From Klebsormidium nitens (Eukaryota > Plantae > Klebsormidiophyceae): a stretch of DNA of 64,000 bases. The notes under the pieces are model-generated. The model did no database searches. It had not been told where the DNA came from and worked only from the letters and a program-made list of their open reading frames with translations. The stretch is taken from positions 5,306-69,305 of the forward strand of contig DF237435.1 in NCBI GenBank assembly GCA_000708835.1, written 5' to 3'. Both the position numbers and the translations under genes were made by a program. Shown here one piece after another: positions 1-12,900 of the stretch. Numbering within the stretch: position 1 is the stretch's first letter; every line of letters begins with the position of its first letter.

Positions 1-1176
1 TCGACTCGGTTTCAGGGTCACGTAGATGCCTGTCGCAGAAGGTTGGTTGGCTGGCATCTTTGTCAAGGCTTAATTGTACAGATTGATCAGGTATACTTTA
101 TAAAAGCCGGATGGTTCAGATCCGATCTTGTCAACTCGCGTGTAGCTAAAAGAGCGCAAAATTGAGGTGATGAACCTCGATACGGAAAATGAGATTCAAT
201 TTAATTCGATGTTTAGTACACAAACCAATAGAACTTCAATAGTTAATCACAGTAAAACAATGCAAGCATGGCACCACATGGGTTACCAGACCTAAGTTGC
301 AACCGAGAGGACGTTAATGTATACCGTGTCTCATGTGCAATTTGATCAATTGCTGGCACTGCAGCTGCCATAAATCATTATAGTATGCCGTCAATTAGCA
401 ACGGTATGCGCTGCATTAATCGATTTGAACTTAGAAGCGGCCCCATATATGCATGGCGGCGGCCTATATATATGTACGTTTCGACCTGGCACGGGCCATG
501 CATGATACACATGATCATATATAATATAATATTTTCATCAGCTTGCGACGCAGGCATGATAGCTTTTGCAACATGCAATATGATGCATGTCATGCCTGCT
601 CTAACGGCGCGCCGGCGGGCGCATGGCCCACAAGCCATATACATGGGCCTATATATATAGCTCATGTGCATCATGCAGTGGTAGTACGTCGGATACATCA
701 TATCATGTGCGGCTAGATTACTATGAATTATATCGATATCGCGCTTTACGCGTCCATTGGAGTCTGTAAGGTCACTGGAAAACCTAGCTGGACTCGGGAA
801 TTCATGGTTTTGGTAGCGCGCGCTGTGGCGCGGCTGTGAATTGCATGTGCCTGCCCTTTCTGGACCGATGATACAAGGCCGTAGTATCTGGTCGACGGTT
901 CAGTGAAGTTTGATTGATCTACGAAGCGCCGGGCCGCCTCAAAACGTGGCATCCGAGCCCGCGTCTATAGGGCATGAGCCTACAGTTCATGCAGCGTGCC
1001 TGCAAGAGTGACGCACTCGAATGCGTGCGCCGGCTCGGCCACAATTTGCGCAATGCTTTGTGACTTGTACAATTGATCGAGGATTCGCTATTTTGACACA
1101 GAGATCTTTTGACACTCAGATCGGATCACTCGGTCCAAACACATCCGTTGCGCTGCAGTATTATGAAGTTTTGTGG

Positions 1177-4100
1177 TCATGTCCCCTTGGCCGGTAGCTT
1201 TTCCGTCAACTCGGGGACAATTTTGAACAGGTCGCCCACGAGACCAAAGTCGGCGATCTGGAAGATGGGCGCGTCCCCGTCCTTGTTGATGGCCACGATG
1301 ACCTTGGAGTCCTTCATGCCCGCCAGGTGCTGGATCGCGCCGGAGATGCCCACAGCGATGTACATGTCCGGGGCCACCACCTTGCCCGTCTGGCCAACCT
1401 GAGACAGAACGCGCGCGGCCGACGTGAGGCCCTACGTCCTTCCCAGTCTAGAGTCTAGAGGCTGCTCAAGCTTGACGGGTCACCACACACGGAACAGGCC
1501 ATACGTACTTGACAAGTCCGGAAGAGGATCTAGCATGAGGCACTACAGGAGCTAATGGAAGCCGAGTGCCGACGACTTTGGCACCTCTCCTCGAGGGTGG
1601 GCACTAGAGGTATTGGAGATTCAGCATCAGAAGGCGATTGGAATGCCTCACGAACAACTTGCGCCACTGGTGCAGGGGCCTAAAAGGGGGCTCAACTCTT
1701 CCACTTCGAGGACTGTGCGGCAGCGCCAATAAAGGAGAGTTAAGCTGCATCTGAGCGCAGAACGCTTCACCGGCGGCTCACCTGCATGTCGTTGGGCACA
1801 TACCCCGCGTCCACTGCGGCTCGAGATGCGCCGACTGGAGGGGGCGGGGACGATTGGGGACGTCAGCAGACGCAGAGTGCCGAGAAGTCGGGCGCTCCAC
1901 GGGGTCTTGGATACGATACAATCCAGAACATGCAATGGCAGGCTCGAAGAAAGCAGCATGAGTACGAACTGCTTTGAAGCTTACAGGAGAAGTCAATGAA
2001 CAAGTTTTCATACTTTGAACCAAAGCCGTGCCCTTAAGAATGAAAGCAAGTCCTTCCGTTGAAAGTTTTCGCCACTACGGGCGATATCACCAGGGCCACT
2101 TGTCTGCCCTCAACAGATCCACGTGTCCCCACCTGCGCCCCCCAGCTTGTCCGCCAGCTCCTCCAGCAGCTTGAAGTTCTCCGCGGACTTGAGCGCACGC
2201 CCCCCCGAGACGACCACTTTGGCACTCCCCAGCTCGGGCCGCTCGCTCGTGCTCAGCTCCTCGCCCACCCACTCCACCCGCCCCACGCTCTCGTCACAAC
2301 CGGGCACTCCCTCGGGCAGCTCCAAAGGAGAGACGGGTGCCCGGCTGCCATCTCCCGACTGCTTGGCGGGCTCGAAGGCGGTGGGGCGGATGGTTAGAAG
2401 GAAGGGTCCAGAGCCAGGGAAGCGAACCGTGGCCAGAGCGTTGCCAGCGTAAATGGGCCTGTGACGGGAGAGAACTCCTACAAGTATTCAATGAATTGAA
2501 TCGGATAGAGCCTGGACGAGGACCAGTCTTAGTTGGCTATTAGAAGGTCCTGATCGGTGACCAGTCTGCCACATGGTCACGAAGTCCCTGCAATCGTACC
2601 GTTACATCCAACCACACCCGAGCTTGGACGGAGCAGATCGCGCTCGTTGGAAGACAGCCAGGGCTGGAATTACCGGCGTCACACTCTCAAACGTCCGAGA
2701 TCCGCGCGTCCAGAACTTTATTCCCATGTTCAAGCTCGGACAGAAGGCAGCTAGAGAGCAGCTTGCACCATTTCCCGCAAGGAATCGAGCCGACTGGACC
2801 TTCGTGTCCTACATCATGCCCGCTGGAGCAACAACAGAGTTTGTGAGCTCAAGTGTCGAGAAGTGCTTCAAGAAACTCTACCATCAATCGACGGGCCTTC
2901 ATTTCCCTGTCGTTTGATTCTTTCGCATTAGACACCCTGAGATTGGGATACTGCTTCACGAGGACATCAAAAAATCTCGGAACAAGGGCGTCGATCGCCA
3001 GCCTTCTTAGTGGTTTCTAACCAAAACTCTCGCTGTAAGGCCTTCAGCCCTCACCTGACGAACGTCTTGGTGTCTACAATCTGTACAACGTCGCTGACCG
3101 GTGCCACGTCCAGCAGGGCGGCTGCCCGGGGGAGCAGGTTCTTGCCGAAGGTGCTGTGGGGGGCCACGACGTAGTCGAACTGCCGCTGGCCGTGCAGCCA
3201 CACCAGGACCTCCGCCAGCGGCTCCGCCACCGCGTGCGCCAACGCAGCGTGGTCGGCAGTCAACACCTGCAGGCGCCGCAGCAATGGGGCTATATTAGCA
3301 ACAGCTGGCACTGTCGACCACCAGCTCTCAAATCAGATGAGAGGGGGCACGGTGAAGAAGCTCTTGAAAGCCCCTATGGTGTAGCGACCAAAACTGGCAA
3401 TACCAAGGGCCGCAAGCCAGAACTGAATCCATCCCCTCATTTTCCCTGTAAGTGCTGTTTGCTTCTTGGACAGTTTCACAGGTGCTTGTCCAGCCTACCT
3501 GTGGAACATCAGGACGAAAGGGGCACTCAAAAAGTTGTGATCCGGCTGGCTTCACCAAACCACTATCAAAAGAATTGCTTCTGAAGCCTTCAGGCAGGCC
3601 GCAGGAGGGCACGCATGCTGCTGACCAAATGGATTCTGAGAGTACTTCACTCTAGTTCCCCAGCTCGGGGTGTGTCTGACCACTTTGTTTGTCGAACCAC
3701 CTCTCAAGCATACGTAGAGCAGGATGAAGCAGAACCAAGACCTCATTCGGGCTTCGAACCTGCCCTGTGTTGACGGAAAGCAAACAGCAAGAAGAGACCC
3801 CAGGCTCAATGAGCGCTAGCAGTCTTTGTTTCAAGAAGAAAGGCAACTTCAGGCAAGGACTTCCTCTCTGAAGAACCTTCCCTTTGTCACCTTGTTGATG
3901 CACTCACTTCCTTGACCCCTGCTGCCTGGCTGGCTGCCTCTGCCACGGGCGCCACCCCCTGCCCCGCCACCAGCAGCGACACCGGCTGCCCCAGCTGCCC
4001 CGCCGCAGTGACGGCCGCCAGGGTGCCGCTCTTGGGGGCCCGCCCATCGTGCTCCACCACCACCAGAGTGCCCGCCTGGCCAAGCGGGAGAACCATAGAA

Positions 4101-4859
4101 AGGAGCAAGTCAGAGGGGGCAAACGAGCAATGTAAAAGTGCCAGTTATTAGCATGTCATAAGTCCAATCCATGCCAGCAGGCATTCTGCAACAAAGGCAC
4201 TTGACGGCTTATCTCATTTGTTCCTCATTGGACTCTGGAGTATTCTGTGCTTCGACCACTATAGACTCCAACGCGTCAGGACTGGTCTATAGCCGTGAAC
4301 TTTTCAAGAAAAACAACCTCCTCAAGTCATCCGGCTCATTCTCACCGCCATCAAATCAAAGTCAAAATCATTCGAGCAAAGGACTTGACTGCATCAAAGC
4401 TGCTGCGACTGTGCATGCCGGTTTCAACAGATTTTGCAGCTGCGTTTTTGGCGTGTTGCACGCCCAGCAAAAGAAGGGCTGGGACTACAAACAAAGATAG
4501 CTGATTGCTGTAGGGTGAAACATACACGAGTTGGAATGAAAGGCTGGACATCAATCTGTCCTTGAAAGTATCTTCCACCGTTAAACGTCAGAAAGCCAAG
4601 AATTGAGCAATCCAGCTGTTTCGTATGGAAAGCCCCAGCACTTTCGAGCTGATGCAAGGGAGTTCTTCAAAGATACGTCGCCGCATGTACTGGCAGGTCT
4701 TCAGCTGCTGGTGCTCACCCATCTGCACAGGCTGGTAGCACACCCGTGCACCGCGCCCAGCTGGGAGCTGGCCCACCCGCTAGCGCTGCCTTGCACAGAG
4801 GGACGCAGCTGCAGCCCTGCTCGGGCAAGCCCCGCCTGCAGCTGCAAGAGAGCGGCCAT
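1177..4859 (-). CDS. ETFA: Electron transfer flavoprotein subunit alpha, mitochondrial (6 exons, 373 aa)
   Basis: Exons 4859-4719, 4075-3908, 3266-3055, 2458-2133, 1834-1782, 1398-1177; all introns GT-AG with matching phases. Motifs [75 protein letters not shown]-terminal presequence-like [15 protein letters not shown]. Confidence 0.96.
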
Positions 4860-5443
4860 GCCGGCAAGTCGTAACCTGAGAGAAACACTGTGCAACACTC
4901 CAAATCTTCGAAGCTGGAACGACTTGGTGCGCACAACCATCCAACAGTCCATGCGAGAGTGAGAAGCGAGTGCGAGAATTAGGGTTCCGCCAAGCTTGGC
5001 TAGTGGCTGACTTTATTTGGACATATTGGGTACTATGAACTGGCAAATCTGATGAGAAAATTGCGTAAATCTGCTCCTGAAAGCCGTCCGATGCATTCCA
5101 AAGCTGCGATGAAGCGTCCATCATTTGCTCTGATGGTACATAAGCAGCGGGTCAGACGAGCAGCTATGGATAATAGTGCTGACCCCGCTCAAGATATGAC
5201 ATCATGATCAACCTCCAAGCACACCAACTTCAACTTCAAGAACCACACCAAGAACCACACCACAATCTTGTCCCTTCCGGATAGCACTGTTAGCAGCCCC
5301 AACGCCCCCCTGGGGCGGCTACTCTTTGCTTGAATATCTGGGTGGATAGGTGGTGCAGGTTGGAGCCAGGGTTCTTGTTGTCCACTCTCCTATCCAGGTG
5401 GTTGCCAGCCCGCGCTTGCTTTGTTGTTCCTCAGTCAGTCAGC
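4860..5443. promoter_or_regulatory. Divergent (bidirectional) promoter region between ETFA and PRP6
   Basis: Start codons face away from each other 584 bp apart; telo-box-like TAGGGTT at 4980-4986; short tandem repeats at 5225-5262. Confidence 0.55.
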
Positions 5444-8400
5444 ATGCAGGCGGCAATTGGGCAGAAGCCCAAAATTGACCTGAACGCCCGCCCCCCGGCC
5501 AACTATGTGGCGGGGCTGGGGAGAGGTGCCGCAGGGTTCACCACCCGTTCAGATATTGGGCCAGCGAGAGCGACGGTTGACATGCCCGATGCATCACAAC
5601 TCGCAGCCAAGGGGGCGGGCAGGGCCGCAGAGGGGGTGGGCAGGGCCGCAGAGGGGGCAGAGGAGAAGTACGATGAGAACCAGAAGTTTGACGAGTTTGA
5701 GGGAAATGATAACGGGCTGTTTGCGGGGGGCGACTATGACGAGGATGACAAGGAGGCAGATGAGATTTGGGAGAGTATAGACGAGAAGATGGACGAGAGG
5801 CGGCGAGAGCGGCGAGAGGCACGCCTGAAGGAGGAGATTGAGAAGTATCGTGCAGACAATCCCAAGATCACCGAGCAGTTTGCGGACCTGAAGCGGAAGC
5901 TGGGCACGCTGAGCGCGTCGGACTGGGAGGCCATCCCGGAGATTGGGGATTACAGCATGCGCAACAAGAAGAAGCGCTTTGAGAGTTTTGTCCCGGTCCC
6001 AGACACACTGCTGGAGCGTGCACGGCAGGAGAACGAGCGGGTGACAGCGATTGATCCTCTGGGGGGGCTGGAAACGCCCATGGGCAGCACCCCCGTGACG
6101 GACTTGATGGCGGTTGGGGAGGGGCGCTCCAGCGTGCTCAAGATCAAGATGGACAAGCTGTCAGACAGCGTGTCGGGGCAGTCGACGGTGGACCCCAAGG
6201 GCTATCTCACGGACCTCAAGAGCATGAAGATCACGAGCGACGCTGAGATTGGCGACATCAAGAAGGCGCGGCTGCTGCTCAAGTCGGTCATCCAGACCAA
6301 CCCGAAGCACGCGCCAGGGTGGATTGCGGCGGCGCGGCTGGAGGAGGTGGCGGGGAAGATTGGGGCGGCGCGCACGCTGATCCAGAGAGGATTCGAGGAG
6401 TGTCCCAAGAACGAGGACGTCTGGCTGGAGGGCAGCCGGCTGCAGACGCCCGAGAATGCGAAGCTGGTGCTGGCCAAGGGCGTGGCCGCAATCCCGAACT
6501 CGGTTAAGCTGTGGATGCAGGCGGCGCGGCTGGAGCAGGACGACGCGGCAAAGAGCCGAGTGCTGCGGAAAGCGCTGGAGCACATCCCAAACTCGGTGCG
6601 GCTGTGGAAGGCGATTGTGGAGCTGGCGAGCGAGGATGACGCGCGGATCCTTCTGTCCCGCGCAGTCGAGTGCTGTCCGGCGCATGTGGAGTTGTGGCTG
6701 GCGCTCGCGCGGCTGGAGAGTTACGAGAAAGCGAAGCAAGTGCTCAACCTGGCGCGGAAGACACTCCCAACAGAGGCGATCATTTGGATCACGGCGGCGA
6801 AGCTGGAAGAGGCGAACAACAACCCCGCGATGGCCAAGAAGATCATCCAGAAGGCGGTGCAGAGTTTGCCGAGCCACGGGGTGGTGATTGACCGCGAGGC
6901 CTGGATGAAGGAGGCGGAGGCGGCGGAGCGGGCGCAGAGTGTGGCAACATGTCATGCCATCGTAGAAGTTACGGCGGAAGTGGGGGTGGAGGAAGAGGAC
7001 CGCAAGAGAACTTGGATGGCGGACGCGGAGGATCTGAAGAAGCGGGGCAGCGTGGAGACGGCGCGCGCAGTTTACCAGCACGCACTGGGCGTTTTCCCCG
7101 GGAAGAAGTCGGTTTGGCTGCGCGCGGCGCAGCTGGAGAAGAGTGCGGGCACGCGGGAGAGTCTGAACGCGCTGCTGGAGAGAGCGGTGAAGTACTGCCC
7201 ACAGGCGGAGGTGCTGTGGCTGATGCTGGCCAAGGAGCAATGGCTGGCGGGGGACGTCGACGCAGCGCGCAAGGTGCTGGAGCAGGCGTTTGTGGCCATC
7301 CCTGGGTCCGAGGAGATCTGGCTTGCGGCGTTCAAGCTCGAGTTCGAGAACAAGGAGCCTGAGCGTGCGCGATTCCTGCTGGCGAAGGCGCGGGAGAGCC
7401 GCGCGACCGAGCGGGTGTGGATGAAGTCGGCAATCGTGGAGCGGGAACTGGGGAACGCGGAGGAGGAGCGGCGGCTGCTGGAGGCCGGAATCAAAGCCTA
7501 TCCTGGCTTCCATAAGCTATGGATCATGTTGGGGCAGCTGGAGGAGCGGCAGGGGCGGGTGGCGGCCGCACGGGATGCGTACACAAAAGGCGTGCGGCAG
7601 TGCCCGCACAGCGTGGTGCTCTGGCAGTGCGCGGCAATGCTGGAGGAGAAGGAGAAGAATCTGGGGAAGGCACGCGCGGTGCTGGAGCAGGCGCGGCACA
7701 AGAACCCGCAGACGCCGGAGTTGTGGCTGTCGGCAGTGCGGATCGAGGCACGAGCGGGGAACAGGAAAGCGGCGGAGAGCCTGATGGCGAAGGCACTGCA
7801 GGACTGTCCGGAGAGCGGGGTGCTGTGGGCGGAGGCCATTGCAATGTCGCCGCGGCCGGAGCGCAAGCGCAAGAGCGTGGACGCGCTCAAGAAGTGCGAC
7901 CACGATCCGTTTGTGATTGCGGCGGTGGCGAATGAGTTCTGGCGGGACCGTAAGGTGGAGAAGGCGCGCACCTGGTTCAACCGCGCGGTCACGCTCAAGC
8001 CAGACATAGGCGACTTCTGGGCGCAGTTTTACAGGTAAGCGCCGTGTAACATAGGACAACTGCTTGGCACAACTTCATACAAGTTGAGGTCGACGGGTTT
8101 GAGTTGCTCGACTGGGAAGGTTAGGAGTCGAACGCTGCCACCCTGGTTGTGACAGTGGTCCGAATCTGTTTGAGAAGCCGTTTAGAGATTATATGTGCCA
8201 ATTGTGCAAGTACTTGGACCTCAGGTCACATCTGCTACTTAGCCAAGACCTGTCGCCAAAGACATTTATCTTGAAAGGTCGTTGGATTTTCTTAGCTTGC
8301 TTTTCACAATGGTCGAGCTGTATCTTTGTCAAGTACGTGCGCTACTTTCTCCCCCGAACTCACCTTTCTCTATCTTTTTTGATATCGACTCTGTCAGACT

Positions 8401-8663
8401 CGTCCTTCTTTTCCTGGCGTTTGGTATTTGGGACCTGATCATTCCCTCCTTCCTTCCGCAGGTTCGAGTCGCAGCACGGGAGTAAGGAGCAGCAGGAGGA
8501 GGTGGTGTCTCGGGCGGTCGCCGCGGAGCCGCACCACGGGGAGCGGTGGCAGAAGGTGGCCAAGGCCGTCGAGAACGCGCACGAGCCCGTGGAAGCGCTC
8601 CTCAAGAAAGTCGCAAGGTCGTTTGCAACGGCAGAGGCGGCGGCAGCAGCGGAAGGAACTTAG
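5444..8663 (+). CDS. PRPF6: Pre-mRNA splicing factor PRP6 / STA1 (U5-102K), HAT/TPR repeats (2 exons, 930 aa)
   Basis: Exon 1 5444-8034 ([38 protein letters not shown], many HAT repeats); intron 8035-8461 GT-AG; exon 2 8462-8663 ([14 protein letters not shown]). Confidence 0.96.
5609..5660 (+). repeat. 21-bp tandem duplication in PRP6 exon 1 ([14 protein letters not shown])
   Basis: ggcagggccgcagagggg occurs twice in tandem. Confidence 0.8.
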
Positions 8664-9972
8664 TTGAGGAGGGGCAGAAGGGCTAAGGGCTGTGTAAGCA
8701 CGGCAATGAGTGGCTTCGAGGGGAGGTGCACGAATCAAGGGCTGTAGATTGAACGCAGACAAAGTAAGTGGTGCCAAATGTACAGTATTTTAAAGGAAGT
8801 TGAGCTGGAAGCCTCCACTTGGATCACTCGTCGGCCATTTTAAATTTTGCCTGTCAGTTGCAAAGTCAGTCTGCGAATGAATTCATGCAGGCTTCTTAAC
8901 AATTTGGTAACGGCCGACCGTCGATTGCGAATCCATCGAGTGCCTGGGGGTCGGATCCAGCTGTTGTATGTGCGGACTGAACGGTAGGCATGCGACTCAT
9001 CCGATCAACTGAGCGCACGCCGCCATCGTGTCGTCACAGCGCCTGAGTGCATGCCAGCACCGCCACCTGCCACCTGCACATTCTAGTCATTCGGGGATGC
9101 ACACAAGCAATTGCAAATCGATGAGGTCGATCATTGGTTTCATACATACAGCTGTGCTACCTATAGCCGGCGCGGCCCCGTACACGAGTATATTCGTGCA
9201 CCATGCAGCTAGCTAGTATACAAACTGTGATGCACGTGACGTGACGCGTGGCCGGCGGCCGCCACGCGTGTTTATATAATCGTGCGTGCTCTTGGCACAT
9301 TCATGAGTCCATCATTGGAATGTCAGATATGATCCGGGCCTCATTGCCAGGAGAGGTCCATGCACAACTTCCGTCCCGCATCCATGCACGACTCTGATCA
9401 GTGCGAAACTGCCTTTTGAGTCATTGCATCACTAAGAATGCTGTCTTTCAGGCCTTGTTAGTACGTCACGGCATGCATGCAAATTGTTATCATACTGACC
9501 AGAAACAGCGGGCAGCAAAGTGACCAGCAACAGCGGGGGCAACTTGACCTGAATAGGATTCACACATAAGTTTCGCACATTCTATGCTGACCGTCCGTAC
9601 GTAACCCCAAGCCTAAGCGGCCGAGCCAGCCATTATAATTACGCACTGCACAACGTAAGCTGTCACTCGATCATATAAGCAAAGTAATGTTTTTCAGTCA
9701 AGTCAAGATGACCAACGCCCGACCTTGGTCTTGACTTCTTCCTTCCGTTTTAACGAGCTATCAATGACAAGAGGACCTTCCATCAACACCTTTAGCCATG
9801 TCACTACTTTGTTCAAAATCTGTACAGACCGTAGCTTTATGTCGATGGTTCCTGAGCTGGGCATCGTACACCTCAAAATCGTTGCTGCATTTGCCAATGG
9901 ATGTCCCGGATCTGCCGCTTTACCTCCCAAACTTCCGACGCTTCGACTTTCACATTCCGCCTCGCTCCTCCC

Positions 9973-12900
9973 CTACCCCACGACTGCGCCCTCCAGCGCG
10001 GGCTCTGCTGCGTCGCCGCCTTCCTGCTCGCTGGCCGGCTGCTGCCCGCCGGTGTCGAAGGCGACGCGGAAGACGTCCTCGTATGTCTCCGCGAAGTGCA
10101 CCTCCAACCCCGCTGTGACGTCGTCCGCGAGCTCGTCCCACGCGTGTGCGCACTCGGCGGGCAGGATGATCGTCTGCACGCCGGCGCGCCGCGCGGCCGA
10201 AACCTTCTCCTTGATGCCGCCTACCGGCAGCACACGCCCCACCAGCGTGATCTCGCCCGTCATCGACAGATTCGGCCGCACCGGCCTGCACCCAACGCAG
10301 CCGCGGGGGGGCACGTCAGGGCGTGGAGCAAGCAGCGAGGCAGAGGCAAGGCTTAGAGATACACGGCTACAGCAAGACGTCAGCACCACTGCAAAGGAAC
10401 ACGAGCAGCAGAGAACGGTGTGATTAGTCGCAAGTCGCAAGGTCGACGTCACTTCGCAGGACATTCACTCTTGCAACCGACTCGGGGCGCGCTGCCAGCC
10501 CATCGTTTGAAGCAGAGGTGTCAACGTTGTTGCGGTGTGGAAAGTCCGCGCCTCACTTGTCCATGGCGAGCGAGAGCAGCGCGGTGACGAGCGTGACCCC
10601 CGCGGACGGCCCGTCCTTGGGGGTGGCGCCCTCGGGCATGTGCACGTGGATGCGCGCGTGGTCGAAGTAGGCGTTGTCCGGCTGCTTGGCGGCGAGGACG
10701 CGCGCGGCCACGCTGTGCGCGATGGTGGTGCTCTCCTTGAGCACGTCGCCCATCTGGCCCGTCGCCAAGATGCTGCCCTCGCGGCTGCCGGCAGACTTGC
10801 TGATCAGACTGCATCAAAGACAGGGGGCGCGCACAGGATCAGCTTTGAGCCCGCAAGGGTTTGAACAAAGGGAGTGATGATAAGCTAGCTCTAGGAAACA
10901 GCACGGGGCGAAGCAACAACAAACGCTGTTTAGACCAGGGAGAACATGAAGATACCGTTTTGGATTGGGTCCTCGAAGATCGTCAAAGAGATTCAGTCAA
11001 TAGATAGTACCAACGACGCTCTAAAAGGACGCTTTGGGAGCGGTTGAAGCTTGGACTCCGCCTCCGACGCCTAGACTTCAACCCAACATTTCACAGACCA
11101 CAGCCGAATACAAAAAGCAGCCAAGCATTGTCCGGGCCTCTCTTTCCCCCCGGCTTCCCTCACCTGGCCTCGATGTACGCGATCTGGCCGCCTGCCTGCG
11201 TGGTGACGAGGCCCATGACGACCCCGGTGGGCGTCTGCGCGTACCAGCGCTCCTTGCCCCACTTGGGCCGCCCCAGGTACTTGCGCAAATTGTCCAGCCC
11301 CACCACCGTGCGCGTGCTCGCCAGCACAACTTCCGTCCGCTCCGCCTCCACGCGCAGCGCCGCCTCCTCGCCGCCCACCGCCGCGCTCGCCCCACCATCC
11401 GGCCGCGACGCCCCGCTGGCTGCGTCCTTCACGGGCCCTGTCGTTCCTGGCGCCACGTCGAGGGTCTCCCCTTGCCTGTCCGCCGACTCCCCTCTCGATC
11501 CGGCGCCGGTGCGCCCTCCCTCCGCAGCGTTTGCTGCTACTAGCTGAGGCTCGCCCGGTAACGTCCTGCTGGCCGTCGATGTCCCCCTATCTTCCAGCTC
11601 CGCTTGTCTACTGCTTTCTGAAGATGCCCCCCTTTCGCCAGCGGCTACCCCGTGCCTCTCTCTGCCACTCCCGCCTGGCAGCCTCTCCTCTGCGCGCTCT
11701 GGCGCCCCGCGTGCATCGTCGCCCAGCCTGGTCCCCGTGCTTTGCGGCCCGTCCTCCTCCACGACCAGGTTGACGCGCGGGGTGGCACAGCGGACGGGCG
11801 CGGCTCTCTGCCTACGCTGCAGGGCCTCGATGGTGCCGGTCGGTGGCTGCGCTGCGTGCGGGTTGAGCACACCCAGGTCCGCCGCACTCAGCTTCGGATA
11901 AACTCCTGCACAACCGAGCCGTGCACCAGCTTGAGTGACTGTCCGCACAGGCCAGGTGAGAGAGGCAGCACCGCCCTGCGGACATAACGCAGATGCTAGC
12001 ACGAGTTCGTTGACACAAAGCCTCACACCGCCAGTGTAACAGCAGTCGCTTTCTTCTTCGCCCTCTTGCCCCCTTGCTTGCAGCAGGGCTCACCTTCTGA
12101 TCGCTCCTCAAACCAACGATGCAGGCCCCCTTGCTGCTCGGCCGCCCGCGGTGCCTCGGTGCGCTCGCGCAGGTATGCCCACAGCAGCTCGTACAGCTCC
12201 GCCTCCACGTGCGGGTTGCCCCGGGCCCGCTCCTGGGGGGTGGCCTTCGCCCCCTCCTGGCCGCGGGCCGGCTTCTTCAGCTGGAGCAACGGGCCCAGGG
12301 CGCCCCCTTCCGCCCGGTTCAGAAGGCGTCCCGGGACGGCCCTTCTGTAGTTGTCAAACAGGAGCTGTCTCAGGGCCCGCTGCTCGCGCACGTCGCCAAA
12401 GCTCTCCGCAGGAAGCTGCAGGACCCGGGTGGTGTTGAGGAGGGGGCCGTAGAACAATTCCGGAGACCACAGTACGGCCCGGCACGCCTTGAGCAGCACG
12501 GCCCCCTTCGCGTCGTGCAAGTTCTTCTTTCCTTTCGCCACCACCCCGAGGAGCCCCCCCTGACCCGGGCTGCTCCCAAATACCGCCTCGACAACTGCCC
12601 GCAGTGGGCCGGCTGTTTTCGCAAAGCTGTGCATCAGCGCGGCTTGGAGGGAGTCCAGCGCCTGAGAGAACAGCGCGTCGGGCTGCGTGCTGCGCACGGC
12701 GCGCTCGGTGTTCATGTGCAGCAGCGCTTCCAGGAAGCCTGCCGCCGCCTGCGCCCCCTCGTCCGCCTGCCGCTTCCAGCCCCCGGCCGCATCGAAGAGG
12801 CGCCAGCGCTCAAAGAAGGCAGTCGCGGCGCGCACCAACTCCAGGTCCACCTCAGCTGCCGCTGGCAGCGCCTGTCCCGGGAACAGCTCCTCCAGGGGGT

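Noticed and set aside
378-701. Met/Tyr/His-rich ORFs on both strands in the intergenic islands (also 36359-36712, 49835-50086)
   Set aside because: By-product of ATGCAT/CATG/TATA-rich palindromic sequence; no splice or codon support.
5225-5240. 16-mer CAACTTCAACTTCAAG shared with 53696-53711
   Set aside because: Low-complexity and about one such match is expected by chance in 64 kb.
5505-8059. Many long overlapping ORFs on both strands over PRP6 (e.g. 6161-7513 -)
   Set aside because: Shadow frames of a GC-rich coding exon; no motifs of their own.
8458-8472. GGTTCGAGTC (tRNA B-box/T-loop-like); also GGTTCGAAC at 61324
   Set aside because: First is the PRP6 splice acceptor and exon start, second lies in the transposon end; no cloverleaf or A-box.
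11976-12028. Alternative 53-nt intron (GTGTGA...CCGCAG) joining the big exon to the next exon
   Set aside because: In frame but very short with a weak donor; the 188-nt intron 11906-12093 with GTGAGC is more plausible. Needs RNA data.
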